Assembly (NCBI GenBank): GCA_040905425.1
Contig: JBBDRO010000030.1
Span: 1 to 47,991 of the forward strand
DNA length: 47,991 bases
Reading direction: 5' to 3'
Source: Gemmatimonadota bacterium
GTDB taxonomy: Bacteria; Gemmatimonadota; Gemmatimonadetes; Longimicrobiales; RSA9
In this document: positions 38,726 to 47,804 of the stretch, one piece after another
How positions within the stretch are numbered: position 1 is the stretch's first letter
Layout: each line of letters opens with the position of its first letter
The notes under the pieces: model-generated
Told to the model about the DNA's origin: nothing
The model's input: the letters and a program-made list of their open reading frames with translations, nothing else
The model's database searches: none
Translations under genes and position numbers: made by a program

Positions 38726-40588
38726 ATGGCCCTGGCCCCACTGGACTGGGGCATCGTGCTGGCCTACCTGGCGCTGGCGCTGGGCGTGGGGGTCTGGATG
38801 TCCCGGCGCGCGGGGCGCTCCATGGACTCCTACTTCGTAGCGGGGCGGGGACTGCCCTGGTGGTGGCTGGGCACCTCCATGGTGGCCACCACCTTCGCGG
38901 CCGACACGCCGCTGGTGGTGGCGGGCATCGTGGCCGAGCACGGGGTGGCGGGCAACTGGTTCTGGTGGTCGTGGGCCATCGCGCACGTGTCCATGGCGGT
39001 GGTCTTCGCCGCGCTCTGGCGGCGCGCCCGCGTGCTCACCGACGCCGAGCTGGTGGAGCTGCGCTACGGCGGGCGGCCGGCCACCCTGCTGCGCGGCTTC
39101 AAGGCCGTCTTCTTCGCGGTGCTGATCAACGGTATCGTGCTCGGCTGGGTGATCCGCGCCATGGTCAAGATCGCCGCGCCCTTCACGCGCTGGGAGGCGT
39201 GGATCGGCGCCGACGCGCTGGCCGCCTTCGAGGCGGCCTGGCCGGCCGCGCTCACCATCGGCGGCCCGGGGGACACCCTCACCGTGCTGGTCCTCTTCGG
39301 ACTGATTGCCTTCTACTCCAGCCTGGGCGGCATCCGCGGCGTCATCCTCACGGACCTGGTACAGTTTGCCCTGGCCATCGTGGCCAGCGTGGCGTTCGCA
39401 TGGGTGGCCGTGGAGGCGGTGGGCGGCCTGGAGGGGCTGCGCGCGGGGCTGGACGTCCACTACGACGCCGACCAGGTGCTGGCCTTCACGCCCGGGCTGG
39501 ACGCGGCCTGGCTGCCCGTCCAGCTCTTTTTCATCTACATAGCGGTGCAATGGTGGGCGCAGTATTTCAGCGACGGCAGCGGCTATCTGGCGCAGCGGCT
39601 CTTCACCGCGCGCAGCGACCTCCACGCCGAGGGCGGCGCGCTCTGGTTCACGGTGGCCAACTACGCGCTCCGCACCTGGCCGTGGGTGCTCATCGGGCTG
39701 GTGGGGCTGGTGGTCTTCCCGCTGGGCATGGAGGGGGACGGCGCGGGCGCCGCCATGGTGGCGGCCGATCGCGAGATGGCCTACCCGGTGCTCATGGGCC
39801 AGCTGCTGCCGGCCGGGCTGCTCGGCATCCTCTTCGCCTCCCTGCTGGCCGCCTTCATGAGCACCGTGGACACGCACATCAACTGGGGTTCGAGCTACCT
39901 GGTCAACGACCTCTACCATCGCTTCCTGCGCCCGGCCGCCTCGCAGCGCGAACTGGTGGCGGTGAGCCGCACGTGTGTCTTCTTCCTGGCGGCGCTGGCG
40001 GTGGTAGTGGCGGCCCGCATCGAGAGCATCGAGAGCGCGTGGCGCTTCTTCATTGCGCTGGGCGCCGGGCTGGGGCTGCCGGCCATGCTGCGCTGGCTCT
40101 GGTGGCGGGTGAACGCCTGGACGGAGATCGTGGGCATGAGCGTGGCCACGCTGGCCGCCGTGGTGCTCTACCCGCTCTATCCCGACGTGCGTGACGAGTA
40201 CCTGCTGGTGGTCATCGTGGCCGTCTCCATGAGCGCGGCGCTGGCGGCCACCTTCCTCACGGCGCCCGTGCCGCGGCCGCACCTGGCGGCGTTCGTGGAG
40301 CGCGTACGGCCCCCAGGCTGGTGGGGCGGACTGGCGGGCGCGGCACCCCGCCGGGCCATGGCGTGGGTGGGGCTGGCGTGGGCGGCCGGCAACACGGCCG
40401 TCTTCAGCCTCATGTTCGGGGGCGGCCACCTGCTCTTCGGCCGGCCGTTCACCGGCGCCGCTCTCCTCCTGCTCGGCAGCGCGGCCGCCGTGGCCACCCT
40501 GCGCGCCACGGCCCGGGCCCGTACGCTGGCCGCCCCGGACGCGCCGCTGCCGGAGCCGCACGGGCACGGCAATCGCACCGGGTTGTGA
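38726..40588 (+). CDS. Sodium:solute symporter family protein
   Basis: YFVAGRGLPWW, SMVATTFAADTPL, GYLAQR and AAFMST motifs; many TM. Confidence 0.9.
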   Translation: MALAPLDWGIVLAYLALALGVGVWMSRRAGRSMDSYFVAGRGLPWWWLGTSMVATTFAADTPLVVAGIVAEHGVAGNWFWWSWAIAHVSMAVVFAALWRRARVLTDAELVELRYGGRPATLLRGFKAVFFAVLINGIVLGWVIRAMVKIAAPFTRWEAWIGADALAAFEAAWPAALTIGGPGDTLTVLVLFGLIAFYSSLGGIRGVILTDLVQFALAIVASVAFAWVAVEAVGGLEGLRAGLDVHYDADQVLAFTPGLDAAWLPVQLFFIYIAVQWWAQYFSDGSGYLAQRLFTARSDLHAEGGALWFTVANYALRTWPWVLIGLVGLVVFPLGMEGDGAGAAMVAADREMAYPVLMGQLLPAGLLGILFASLLAAFMSTVDTHINWGSSYLVNDLYHRFLRPAASQRELVAVSRTCVFFLAALAVVVAARIESIESAWRFFIALGAGLGLPAMLRWLWWRVNAWTEIVGMSVATLAAVVLYPLYPDVRDEYLLVVIVAVSMSAALAATFLTAPVPRPHLAAFVERVRPPGWWGGLAGAAPRRAMAWVGLAWAAGNTAVFSLMFGGGHLLFGRPFTGAALLLLGSAAAVATLRATARARTLAAPDAPLPEPHGHGNRTGL

Positions 40589-40664
40589 GCCGCGCCGCGG
40601 GGGCCTACCCTCCGGGGCGCCGCGCGGACCGGACGACCAGCGCAGAGACACGGCACGGAGGGGC

Positions 40665-41990
40665 ATGAGCGGGACGGAGCTGGAGGAGCGCATCGACGCC
40701 GTCATCATCGGGGCGGGCGCCAGGGGCAACCGGGTGTTCGCGGAATTGATGCGCACGCGAGCGCTGGGCTGGAAGGTGGCCGCCGTGGTGGAGCCGCACG
40801 AGGACCGGCGCGAGGCGTTCCGCGCCGAGCACGGCCTCCCCGAGAATCGTGCGTACGCCTCGATGGAGGCGTTCCTCGAGGGACCCCGCGCGGGCGACGT
40901 CGCTTTCATATGCACGCCGGACGTGACGCACTACCGGATCTGCGCCGACGTCTCCGCCGCGGGCTACGACGTGCTGCTGGAGAAGCCCATTGCCACGTCG
41001 CTGCCGGACATGCTGGCGCTGCTGGATGTGCAGCAGACGCACGGCAACCGGATCTTCGTGGCGCACGTGCTCCGCTACGCGCCGTTCTTCCGCACCATCA
41101 AGGAGATCGTGGCGTCGCGCCGTTACGGGCTGGTGCGCAACATCCGCCTGACGGAGAACGTGGGGCACTGGCACTTCGCGCACTCCTACGTGCGCGGCAG
41201 CTGGCGGCGCCGGGCAGACGCGGCGCCCATTATCCTCACCAAGAGCTCCCACGACCTGGATCTCATCGCCTGGCTCATGGAGGAGGACCGGCCCGCCTTC
41301 GTGAGCTCCTTCGGCTCGCTGGAGTACTTCACGGGGAAGAACGCGCCGCCCGAGGCCACCGAGCGGTGCGTGACCTGCCCCCTCCAGGACAGCTGCCTCT
41401 ACAGCGCCACGCGCTTCTACGTCCACGAGGCGCCCGGCTGGCCGTTCGACGTGGTGGCCCCGGGGGCGCCGCCCGCCGAGCGGGAGGAGGCGCGCCGCCA
41501 GGCCATCGAAACCGGCCCGTACGGCCGCTGCGTGTGGAAGAGTGACAATGACGTCTGTGACAACCAGACGGTGAGCGTGCACTTCGAGTCGGGCGTGCAC
41601 GCGCGCTTCGGTCTCTACGCGCTGACGGCCGACAACACGCGGCGCATCACCGTGCTCATGGATGGGGCCGAGCTCACCGGGGACCTGCACCAGGGCCGGC
41701 TCACGCTCTTCCCGTTCAGCGGGCGCGTGGACGAGATCATCACCGAGCCGGTGCCGGTGCCGCCGGCCGAGGATCACCACGGCGGCGGTGACCTGGCACT
41801 GCTGCAGACGCTCCACGCCCACCTCACACGCGGCGAGCACAAGGAGATCATGACCTCACTGCATGGCTCCGTGGCCAGCCACGTGCTGGCCTTCCTGGCC
41901 GACGAGTCGCGCAGGAAGGGCGGGGCGCCGCTGCCCGTGCCGGCCATCTTCGAGCGCATCCGCCAACCGCCAGCGCATGCGGACGGCTAG
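40665..41990 (+). CDS. Gfo/Idh/MocA family oxidoreductase
   Basis: IIGAGARG, LLEKPI, HVLRY, HSYVRG.W, KSSHDLD and HGGGD motifs. Confidence 0.9.
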   Translation: MSGTELEERIDAVIIGAGARGNRVFAELMRTRALGWKVAAVVEPHEDRREAFRAEHGLPENRAYASMEAFLEGPRAGDVAFICTPDVTHYRICADVSAAGYDVLLEKPIATSLPDMLALLDVQQTHGNRIFVAHVLRYAPFFRTIKEIVASRRYGLVRNIRLTENVGHWHFAHSYVRGSWRRRADAAPIILTKSSHDLDLIAWLMEEDRPAFVSSFGSLEYFTGKNAPPEATERCVTCPLQDSCLYSATRFYVHEAPGWPFDVVAPGAPPAEREEARRQAIETGPYGRCVWKSDNDVCDNQTVSVHFESGVHARFGLYALTADNTRRITVLMDGAELTGDLHQGRLTLFPFSGRVDEIITEPVPVPPAEDHHGGGDLALLQTLHAHLTRGEHKEIMTSLHGSVASHVLAFLADESRRKGGAPLPVPAIFERIRQPPAHADG

Positions 41991-42028
41991 CCGATCCAGG
42001 CAGGTGCTGGTCCCACGCGCCGGCCGCC

Positions 42029-42454
42029 TCACCCGCTGCGCCGTCGCGCCAGCCAGCCGTCCACGCTCCACCGCCCCGGCCCGTTGGCCGCCAGGAACGC
42101 GAAGATGAGCGCATAGAGCAGCGCCAGCTCACCGCCGTTCCGGATGGGCGCCAGCCCCCGGCCGGCGTGCGCCAGGACGTAGGCGGCCAGCATCTCCAGC
42201 GCCAGGATGACGGCCACCGGCAGCGTCAGCACGCCCAGCACGATGAGCGCGCCCCCGAAGAGCTCCAGCACGCCGGCCAGCCCGGACCGACTCATCAGTT
42301 CCACGGTCTGCCCCGGCCCCCCAATGCCGCCGAACCAGCCCAGCAGCTTCTGCGCGCCGTGTTGCATGAAGAGCAGCCCCGCGCCGATGCGCAGGACGGC
42401 GTGCGTGATGCTGGCCGCGGTGCCCATCATGGGGCGTGTGCTCGTGGTTTCCAT
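42029..42454 (-). CDS. DoxX family membrane protein
   Basis: LRIGAGLLF..HGAQKL, ELFGG, NGGE and GPGRWSVD motifs. Confidence 0.9.
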   Translation of the reverse strand: METTSTRPMMGTAASITHAVLRIGAGLLFMQHGAQKLLGWFGGIGGPGQTVELMSRSGLAGVLELFGGALIVLGVLTLPVAVILALEMLAAYVLAHAGRGLAPIRNGGELALLYALIFAFLAANGPGRWSVDGWLARRRSG

Positions 42455-42600
42455 GTTCGTCTCTCCGTTCGAGGTCTGGGTGCCGACGAGCTACATGCAA
42501 GAATCACAGCACTGAGATAATTCGGCGGTGCCATGGTCTCCGGCCTCGGCCTGCCACATCTTTAGCGATCGTCCCCTTCCCCTGGTCCCACGGATCCACC

Positions 42601-44886
42601 ATGAAGCCATCTTCGACGCTGCGTCTGTTGGTGGCGGCGTCACTGCTGCCGGGTGCGGTGCCGGGCACGTCCCCGTACGCGCGCTCGCACACCGCGCCGC
42701 TCAGCGCCCAGGAGCCCGCGCCCGCCGCCACCATCCACCGCGACGCCTGGGGCGCGCCGCACGTCTTCAGTGACACGGACCGTGGCGCCGTCTTCGGCAT
42801 GGCCTGGGCGCTGGCCGAGGATGACTGGCCGCTCATCGAGCAGAACTACCTGCGTGCGCTGGGTCGCCTGGCGGAGCTCGAGGGCGCCGACGCCGTGGAG
42901 GGGGACTGGATGGCGCGCGCGCTGGAGATCGTGCCGCTCTCGCTGGCCGAGTACGCCGCCGCCACGCCCCGCATGCGCGGCCTGCTGGACGCCTTCGCCG
43001 CGGGCATGAACGGCTGGCTGGCGCGCCGGGTGCCGGACGGGGTGCGCGTGCTCGAGCGCATCGAGCCGTGGTACCCGCTGGCCCTCATCCGCTTCAAATA
43101 CTACCAGAACGAGTTTCTGGGCTACGCGGGGCTCCGGAGCGCCTGGTCGCGCGCCCTCTTCGCGCGCAGCGCGGCGGCCGCGGTGAGTGGTGCCGGGCCC
43201 GGGGAGCCGGCGCCGGACACCGGAACGGAGATAAGCGACGTCGCTTATCTCCGTTCGAACGCGCCCGCCCCCTTCTCCCGCGAGGCCGCGTTCGATGACT
43301 GGGGACGGCGGCCGCGCGGTTCCAACGAGTGGGCGCTCGCGCCCGCGCGTACCGCGTCGGGCGAAGCGTTCCTGCTCATCAATCCGCACCAGAGCTTCGT
43401 GGGCGTGCAGCGCTACGCGGAGATCCATCTGGACAGCCGCGAGGGCCTCCGTTTTTCCGGGCTCACGGTGTTCGGCTTCCTGCTCCCATACATGGGACAC
43501 AACGAGCGCCTTGGGTGGGCCTACACGGACAACTACGCCGACCACAGTGACCTGTGGGCCGAATCGATCTCCGGCCCCGGGGACGCGCTGCGCTATCGGT
43601 ACGGCGCTGAGGAGCGACCGGTGGAGACGTGGGTGGACACCGTGCGCGTGCGCACCGCGGACGGACTGGAGGCGCGCGCCTTCCGCTACTGGAGGACGCA
43701 CCACGGTCCGCTGGTGGGCGTGGACGGGGCGGGCCGCCCGCTGGCCGTGCGCCTGGCGCGCATGCGGGAGGGCGGCTGGTTCGATCAGTGGGACGCCATG
43801 ATCCGCGCGCGCACGCTGGAGGATTGGCGGGCGGCCGTGGCCATGCTGCGCGTGCCCTACATGAACACCATGTACGCCGACGCGGACGGCAACATAGGCT
43901 ACATCTACAACTCGGCCGTGCCGCGCCGGCTGCCGGGCGTGGATCCGTCGGGCATCCTGGACGGCACCGATCCGCGCACGGCGTGGCAGGGCTTCCACGC
44001 GCTGGAGGAGCTGCCGCAGGTGTGGAACCCGCCGTCGGGCTGGCTGCTGAACACCAACTCCACCCCCTTCACGGCCACCGTGGACCTGCCCTTCAGTCGG
44101 GCGGATTTCCCGGCCTACATGGTGGGCTCCGAGACGGACAACGCGCGGGCGGCCAGTTCGCGGCGCCTGCTGGCGGGCCTCGAGGGGGTGCGCTTCGAGG
44201 ACTTCGCGGCGCACGTCTGGGACAGCCGGCTCTCGGCGGCGGAGGCGGGCGTGCCGGAGCTGCTGGCCGAGTGGGCGCGGGTGGAGGCGGGCGGGGCGGG
44301 AGCGGCGGCGCTGCCCGCGGAGGTGTCCAGACAGGCGCTGGCGGACGCGGTGGCGCGGCTGGACGCGTGGGACCGCCGCGCCGACACGGCCTCGGTGGCC
44401 ACCACCTGGTTCGTGCTGGCCTCCGAGCTGCGCGCGCGGGAGGGCGCGCTGCCCTGGCTCACCGCGCTCGGTTCGGCGCTCGCACGTCTGGAGGCGGAGT
44501 GGGGCAGCGCCGAGGTGGCATGGGGCGTGCTCAATCGGCATCAGCGGCCACTGCCCGGCGCCCCTCCCGGGCTGGACCCGGACCGATCGCATCTGGCGGT
44601 GGGCGGCGCCCCGGGCAATCTGGGCTCGATCTTCACCTACAACGCCACGCCGTTCGGCAGCGCGGCGCCCCGCTGGGGCCGCAGCGGCAACTCGTTCGTG
44701 AAGGTGGTGGCGTTCGGCCCCACGGTGCGCGCCGCCTCCATCCTGAACTACGGCCAGAGCGGGGACCCGGACTCCCCGCACTTCTTCGATCAGGCAGAGC
44801 TCTACGCGCGCCGGCAGTTCAAGCCGGCCTGGTTCAGTCGCGCGGAGGTGGTGGCGAACGCGGTGCGGAGTTACGAGGTGAGGTAG
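42601..44886 (+). CDS. Penicillin acylase family Ntn-hydrolase
   Basis: IHRDAWGAPHV, GSNEW (beta-chain N-terminal Ser), LLINPH and GQSGDPDSPHFFDQA motifs. Confidence 0.92.
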   Translation: MKPSSTLRLLVAASLLPGAVPGTSPYARSHTAPLSAQEPAPAATIHRDAWGAPHVFSDTDRGAVFGMAWALAEDDWPLIEQNYLRALGRLAELEGADAVEGDWMARALEIVPLSLAEYAAATPRMRGLLDAFAAGMNGWLARRVPDGVRVLERIEPWYPLALIRFKYYQNEFLGYAGLRSAWSRALFARSAAAAVSGAGPGEPAPDTGTEISDVAYLRSNAPAPFSREAAFDDWGRRPRGSNEWALAPARTASGEAFLLINPHQSFVGVQRYAEIHLDSREGLRFSGLTVFGFLLPYMGHNERLGWAYTDNYADHSDLWAESISGPGDALRYRYGAEERPVETWVDTVRVRTADGLEARAFRYWRTHHGPLVGVDGAGRPLAVRLARMREGGWFDQWDAMIRARTLEDWRAAVAMLRVPYMNTMYADADGNIGYIYNSAVPRRLPGVDPSGILDGTDPRTAWQGFHALEELPQVWNPPSGWLLNTNSTPFTATVDLPFSRADFPAYMVGSETDNARAASSRRLLAGLEGVRFEDFAAHVWDSRLSAAEAGVPELLAEWARVEAGGAGAAALPAEVSRQALADAVARLDAWDRRADTASVATTWFVLASELRAREGALPWLTALGSALARLEAEWGSAEVAWGVLNRHQRPLPGAPPGLDPDRSHLAVGGAPGNLGSIFTYNATPFGSAAPRWGRSGNSFVKVVAFGPTVRAASILNYGQSGDPDSPHFFDQAELYARRQFKPAWFSRAEVVANAVRSYEVR
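43223..43256. repeat. Perfect 34-bp palindrome inside the acylase CDS
   Basis: GAACGGAGATAAGCGACGTCGCTTATCTCCGTTC equals its own reverse complement. Confidence 0.95.
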
Positions 44887-44904
44887 GGGGCGCCCCCCCC
44901 GCGC

Positions 44905-45279
44905 TCAGCCGCGTGGATAGACCTTGAGCGTGTCGAAGCGCCGGAGGCGGACCTGCCCGGCCGGTGCGCCGCGCGGCTTGCTGACGTCCGCCGCGCGGCA
45001 CACGTGCACGCTGATCTTGCCCCGTGCGCCACGCGCCTTGGAGTGCCAGGCCGCCAGCTCCGCGGCGCGCTGCATCACCTCCCGCGGCACCTCGTCCGTA
45101 CCCTCCGGGTGGCGCACGACCACATGACTGCCGGCGAACCCGTGCGCGTGAATCCACAGATCGCGCGGCCGCGCTTCGCGCAGGGACAGGCGGTCATTGT
45201 CGCGCGCGCTCCTGCCCACCAGGATCTCGAAGCCGTCCATGTCGTGGATGTCCCAGCCGTCGCCGCGTCGTGAGGTCAT
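44905..45279 (-). CDS. Stand-alone NFACT RNA-binding domain protein (NFACT-R/DUF814)
   Basis: ILVGRSARDNDRLS, DLWIHA.GFAGSHVVV, AAELAAWHSK and VSKPRGAPAGQV motifs. Confidence 0.88.
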   Translation of the reverse strand: MTSRRGDGWDIHDMDGFEILVGRSARDNDRLSLREARPRDLWIHAHGFAGSHVVVRHPEGTDEVPREVMQRAAELAAWHSKARGARGKISVHVCRAADVSKPRGAPAGQVRLRRFDTLKVYPRG

Positions 45280-45325
45280 GGGCTGCAATCTCCACGGCCG
45301 GCAGGTGCTGGCAAGGGAGGCCCGC

Positions 45326-45340
45326 TGGCGCGGAGTGTGC
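45326..45340 (+). promoter_or_regulatory. Putative sigma54 promoter
   Basis: TGGCGCGGAGTGTGC (GG-N10-GC) upstream of the CBM48-like gene. Confidence 0.5.
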
Positions 45341-45430
45341 GCGTCGGACATGTGGGGCGCGGGAGGCGCCGCACGCCGCCAAGCCGCCCCGGGACGAGCA
45401 CCGCATTCAGAGCTATCATCGAGGAGAGAG

Positions 45431-46186
45431 ATGCCGCGCAAGCAGCCACTGCCCGACAAGGGAATCGTCCGCGTGACGTTCACCCTGCCCGCGGAGGTGG
45501 AGGGGAGGGTCGTTCACCTGGCGGGCGAATTCACCGGCTGGGAGGGCACCCCCATGGAGCGTCAGACGGACGGCAGCTGGCAGACCGTGGTGGACCTGGC
45601 TCCCGGCCGCAGCTACCAGTACCGCTACCAGATCGATGGCATCCGCTGGGAGAACGACTGGGAGGCGGATCACTACGTGGGCAACCCCTTCGGCCAGGAC
45701 AATTCGGTGGTGGAGACGCCGCCGCTGGAGCACACCGGCCGGCCGCACGCCACCTGGTCGGGTGCGTCCGCCAAGCATCCCGCGGCGGCGCCCCCGCCCG
45801 CCGGACCGGGGTCGCCCGGACACGCGGGCGAACGCAGCCTGCGCGAGGTGGATCAGCGGCGCACGGCCGCCAAGCAGTCCACCGCCGGCAAGACGCCCGG
45901 CGCCCAGGCCACCCGGCGCAACGTGACCACCACGGAGGCCGAGCGCAGCCTGGCCGCGAGCGAGGCCGCCACCGGCGCCGGCGCCGCGCCGGACCGCCCG
46001 CACGCCACCCGACCCGGAGCGAAGAAGGCCCCGGCGAAGAAGGCCCCGGCGAAGAAGGCCCCGGCGAAGAAGGCCGCTGCCGCGAAGAAGAAGGCCCCCG
46101 GGAACGTCGCTTCCAAGAAGGCCAAGGGGAGAAATACTCCTCCTGGAGAGGGTGCTCCGCCGGGCCGCGGCACTTCGAAGCCGTAG
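45431..46186 (+). CDS. Isoamylase early-set / CBM48-like glycogen-binding protein with Lys/Ala-rich histone-like tail
   Basis: VHLAGEFTGW, YQYRYQIDGIRWENDWEAD.Y..NPFG..NSVV; C-terminal AKKAP repeats; GAGGAG RBS. Confidence 0.85.
   Translation: MPRKQPLPDKGIVRVTFTLPAEVEGRVVHLAGEFTGWEGTPMERQTDGSWQTVVDLAPGRSYQYRYQIDGIRWENDWEADHYVGNPFGQDNSVVETPPLEHTGRPHATWSGASAKHPAAAPPPAGPGSPGHAGERSLREVDQRRTAAKQSTAGKTPGAQATRRNVTTTEAERSLAASEAATGAGAAPDRPHATRPGAKKAPAKKAPAKKAPAKKAAAAKKKAPGNVASKKAKGRNTPPGEGAPPGRGTSKP
46019..46075 (+). repeat. 15-bp coding tandem repeat GCGAAGAAGGCCCCG x3.8 (AKKAP)
   Basis: Exact tandem copies. Confidence 0.9.
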
Positions 46187-46209
46187 GAGGGTCGTAACCC
46201 GAAAGCCCG

Positions 46210-46224
46210 TGGTGCGAATCATGC
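46210..46224 (+). promoter_or_regulatory. Putative sigma54 promoter
   Basis: TGGTGCGAATCATGC (GG-N10-GC) about 45 bp upstream of the lytic transglycosylase start. Confidence 0.55.
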
Positions 46225-46267
46225 CTTATTAGTGGGCTCGATCGGCATCATCAGCAGGAGGAACGCA

Positions 46268-47317
46268 ATGACCGCAGGCAGGCGGCCGGAATCCGGCAAC
46301 GGTACGGGCGAACGACGGGGCATACCGCGCTGGGTGGGCCAGCGCCGTGGACGCGTCATCGCGGGCGGCGTCATCGGTCTGGCCGGTCTGGGAGCGGCGA
46401 TGGGCATGCCCTCGGATCGGAACGCGGTGGACGATCCCATACGCAACGCGGCGCGCGACGTCGTGCGGGAGGCCTCCGTGGAGCAACACGCCATCACGTG
46501 GGATCTGCCCAACCTGGATCACGACCGCGTGGACTTCTGGCAGGAGCGCTTCGTCCTGGACGAGGACATGAACAAGAAGATGCGCGGCTTCCTCGAGCGC
46601 TCCGGCCGCTACGTGCCGATGCTGCTGGAGAAGCTGGATGAGCGCGGCATGCCACGCGACCTGGTCTACCTGGCCATGATCGAGTCCGGCTTCCAACCGG
46701 AGGCGTATTCGCACGCCGCGGCTTCGGGCCTGTGGCAGTTCATTGCCGAGACGGGCAAGCGCTACGGCCTCGAGATCGATCGTGCGGTGGACGAGCGCAA
46801 CGATCCGGTGAAGGCCACGGACGCGGCGCTGGACTACCTGCAGGAACTCCACGACCGCTTCGGCTCCTGGTACCTGGCGGCCGCCGCCTATAACACGGGG
46901 GAGAACCGCGTGGGGCGCATCATGCGCGAGGAGTTCGGGCGCGAGCGCGCCACGAGTGAAGAGGACTACTACCGCATCTGGTCCCGCCTGCCGCGCGAGA
47001 CGCGCGACTACGTGCCGCTCATGATCGCCGCGGCCCGCATTGCCAAGGAACCCGCCAAGCACGGGTTCAAGGACGTGCGGCTGGAGCCGCCGCTGGAATA
47101 CGACGAGGTGATCCTGCCGCCCGCAACGGACCTGGCCGCGGTGGCCAAGGCGGCGGGCACGACGGTGGAGGCACTGCGCGGGCTGAACCCCCACTTCAAG
47201 CTGAACCGCACGCCCAACAACCGGGACTATCCGGTGCGTCTGCCGCCGGGCTCGCTCGCGCCGCTGGCGCAGGCGTGGGGCCTGACGGTGGGTGACGAGG
47301 TGATGGCGCAGGACTGA
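46268..47317 (+). CDS. Lytic transglycosylase (MltD-like SLT domain plus LysM-like region)
   Basis: LAMIESG, GLWQFI, DERND, AAAYNTGE, LPRETRDYVP and LRGLNP motifs; CAGGAGG RBS. Confidence 0.92.
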   Translation: MTAGRRPESGNGTGERRGIPRWVGQRRGRVIAGGVIGLAGLGAAMGMPSDRNAVDDPIRNAARDVVREASVEQHAITWDLPNLDHDRVDFWQERFVLDEDMNKKMRGFLERSGRYVPMLLEKLDERGMPRDLVYLAMIESGFQPEAYSHAAASGLWQFIAETGKRYGLEIDRAVDERNDPVKATDAALDYLQELHDRFGSWYLAAAAYNTGENRVGRIMREEFGRERATSEEDYYRIWSRLPRETRDYVPLMIAAARIAKEPAKHGFKDVRLEPPLEYDEVILPPATDLAAVAKAAGTTVEALRGLNPHFKLNRTPNNRDYPVRLPPGSLAPLAQAWGLTVGDEVMAQD

Positions 47318-47338
47318 GCGGAGGCGGGTGAGGGCCGG

Positions 47339-47659
47339 CTATGCCCCGGGACCGAGGAGGGTGACAGGCTCGGAAATTCTGAAGCCGATGGCGTCCGCGG
47401 GGACGCCGACCGATCTGGCCTTCACCCGGACGACGGGCTTCACCTTGCCGTGGCTGATGTACACCATGATGCACCCGTAGCGATCGCTCACACCGATGCC
47501 GTGCACGCCGTCGACGCTGGCGATGCTGCCGGCGTGATCCTGAAACCAGTTGTGCAGTTCGGGTACCGTATAATCCCCGGTGCAGAGCTCCAGGGGGTCC
47601 TCGGCACAGCCTGCCAGCGCAGCGGCGGTCAGGCCGAGGGCAAGGGTCGAGCGGATCAC
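47339..47659 (-). CDS. Small hypothetical lipoprotein
   Basis: AAGGAG RBS, GTG start, LAGC lipobox. Confidence 0.7.
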   Translation of the reverse strand: MIRSTLALGLTAAALAGCAEDPLELCTGDYTVPELHNWFQDHAGSIASVDGVHGIGVSDRYGCIMVYISHGKVKPVVRVKARSVGVPADAIGFRISEPVTLLGPGA

Positions 47660-47737
47660 GGCGGCTCCTTGCTGCGGGAGCGGGTGCGTGCGGAGGCCGG
47701 GGGGGCTGCCAGACAATATAGCCATTCGGGCTGGTCG

Positions 47738-47782
47738 CGGTATGGCGTGGTATGGTCTGGCGTGGCGTGGCGTGGCGTGGCG
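47738..47782. repeat. Pentanucleotide microsatellite (TGGCG)5 with degenerate left flank
   Basis: Exact units at 47758-47782. Confidence 0.85.
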
Positions 47783-47804
47783 GGTGCGGCTGACGGCGAG
47801 GTGG

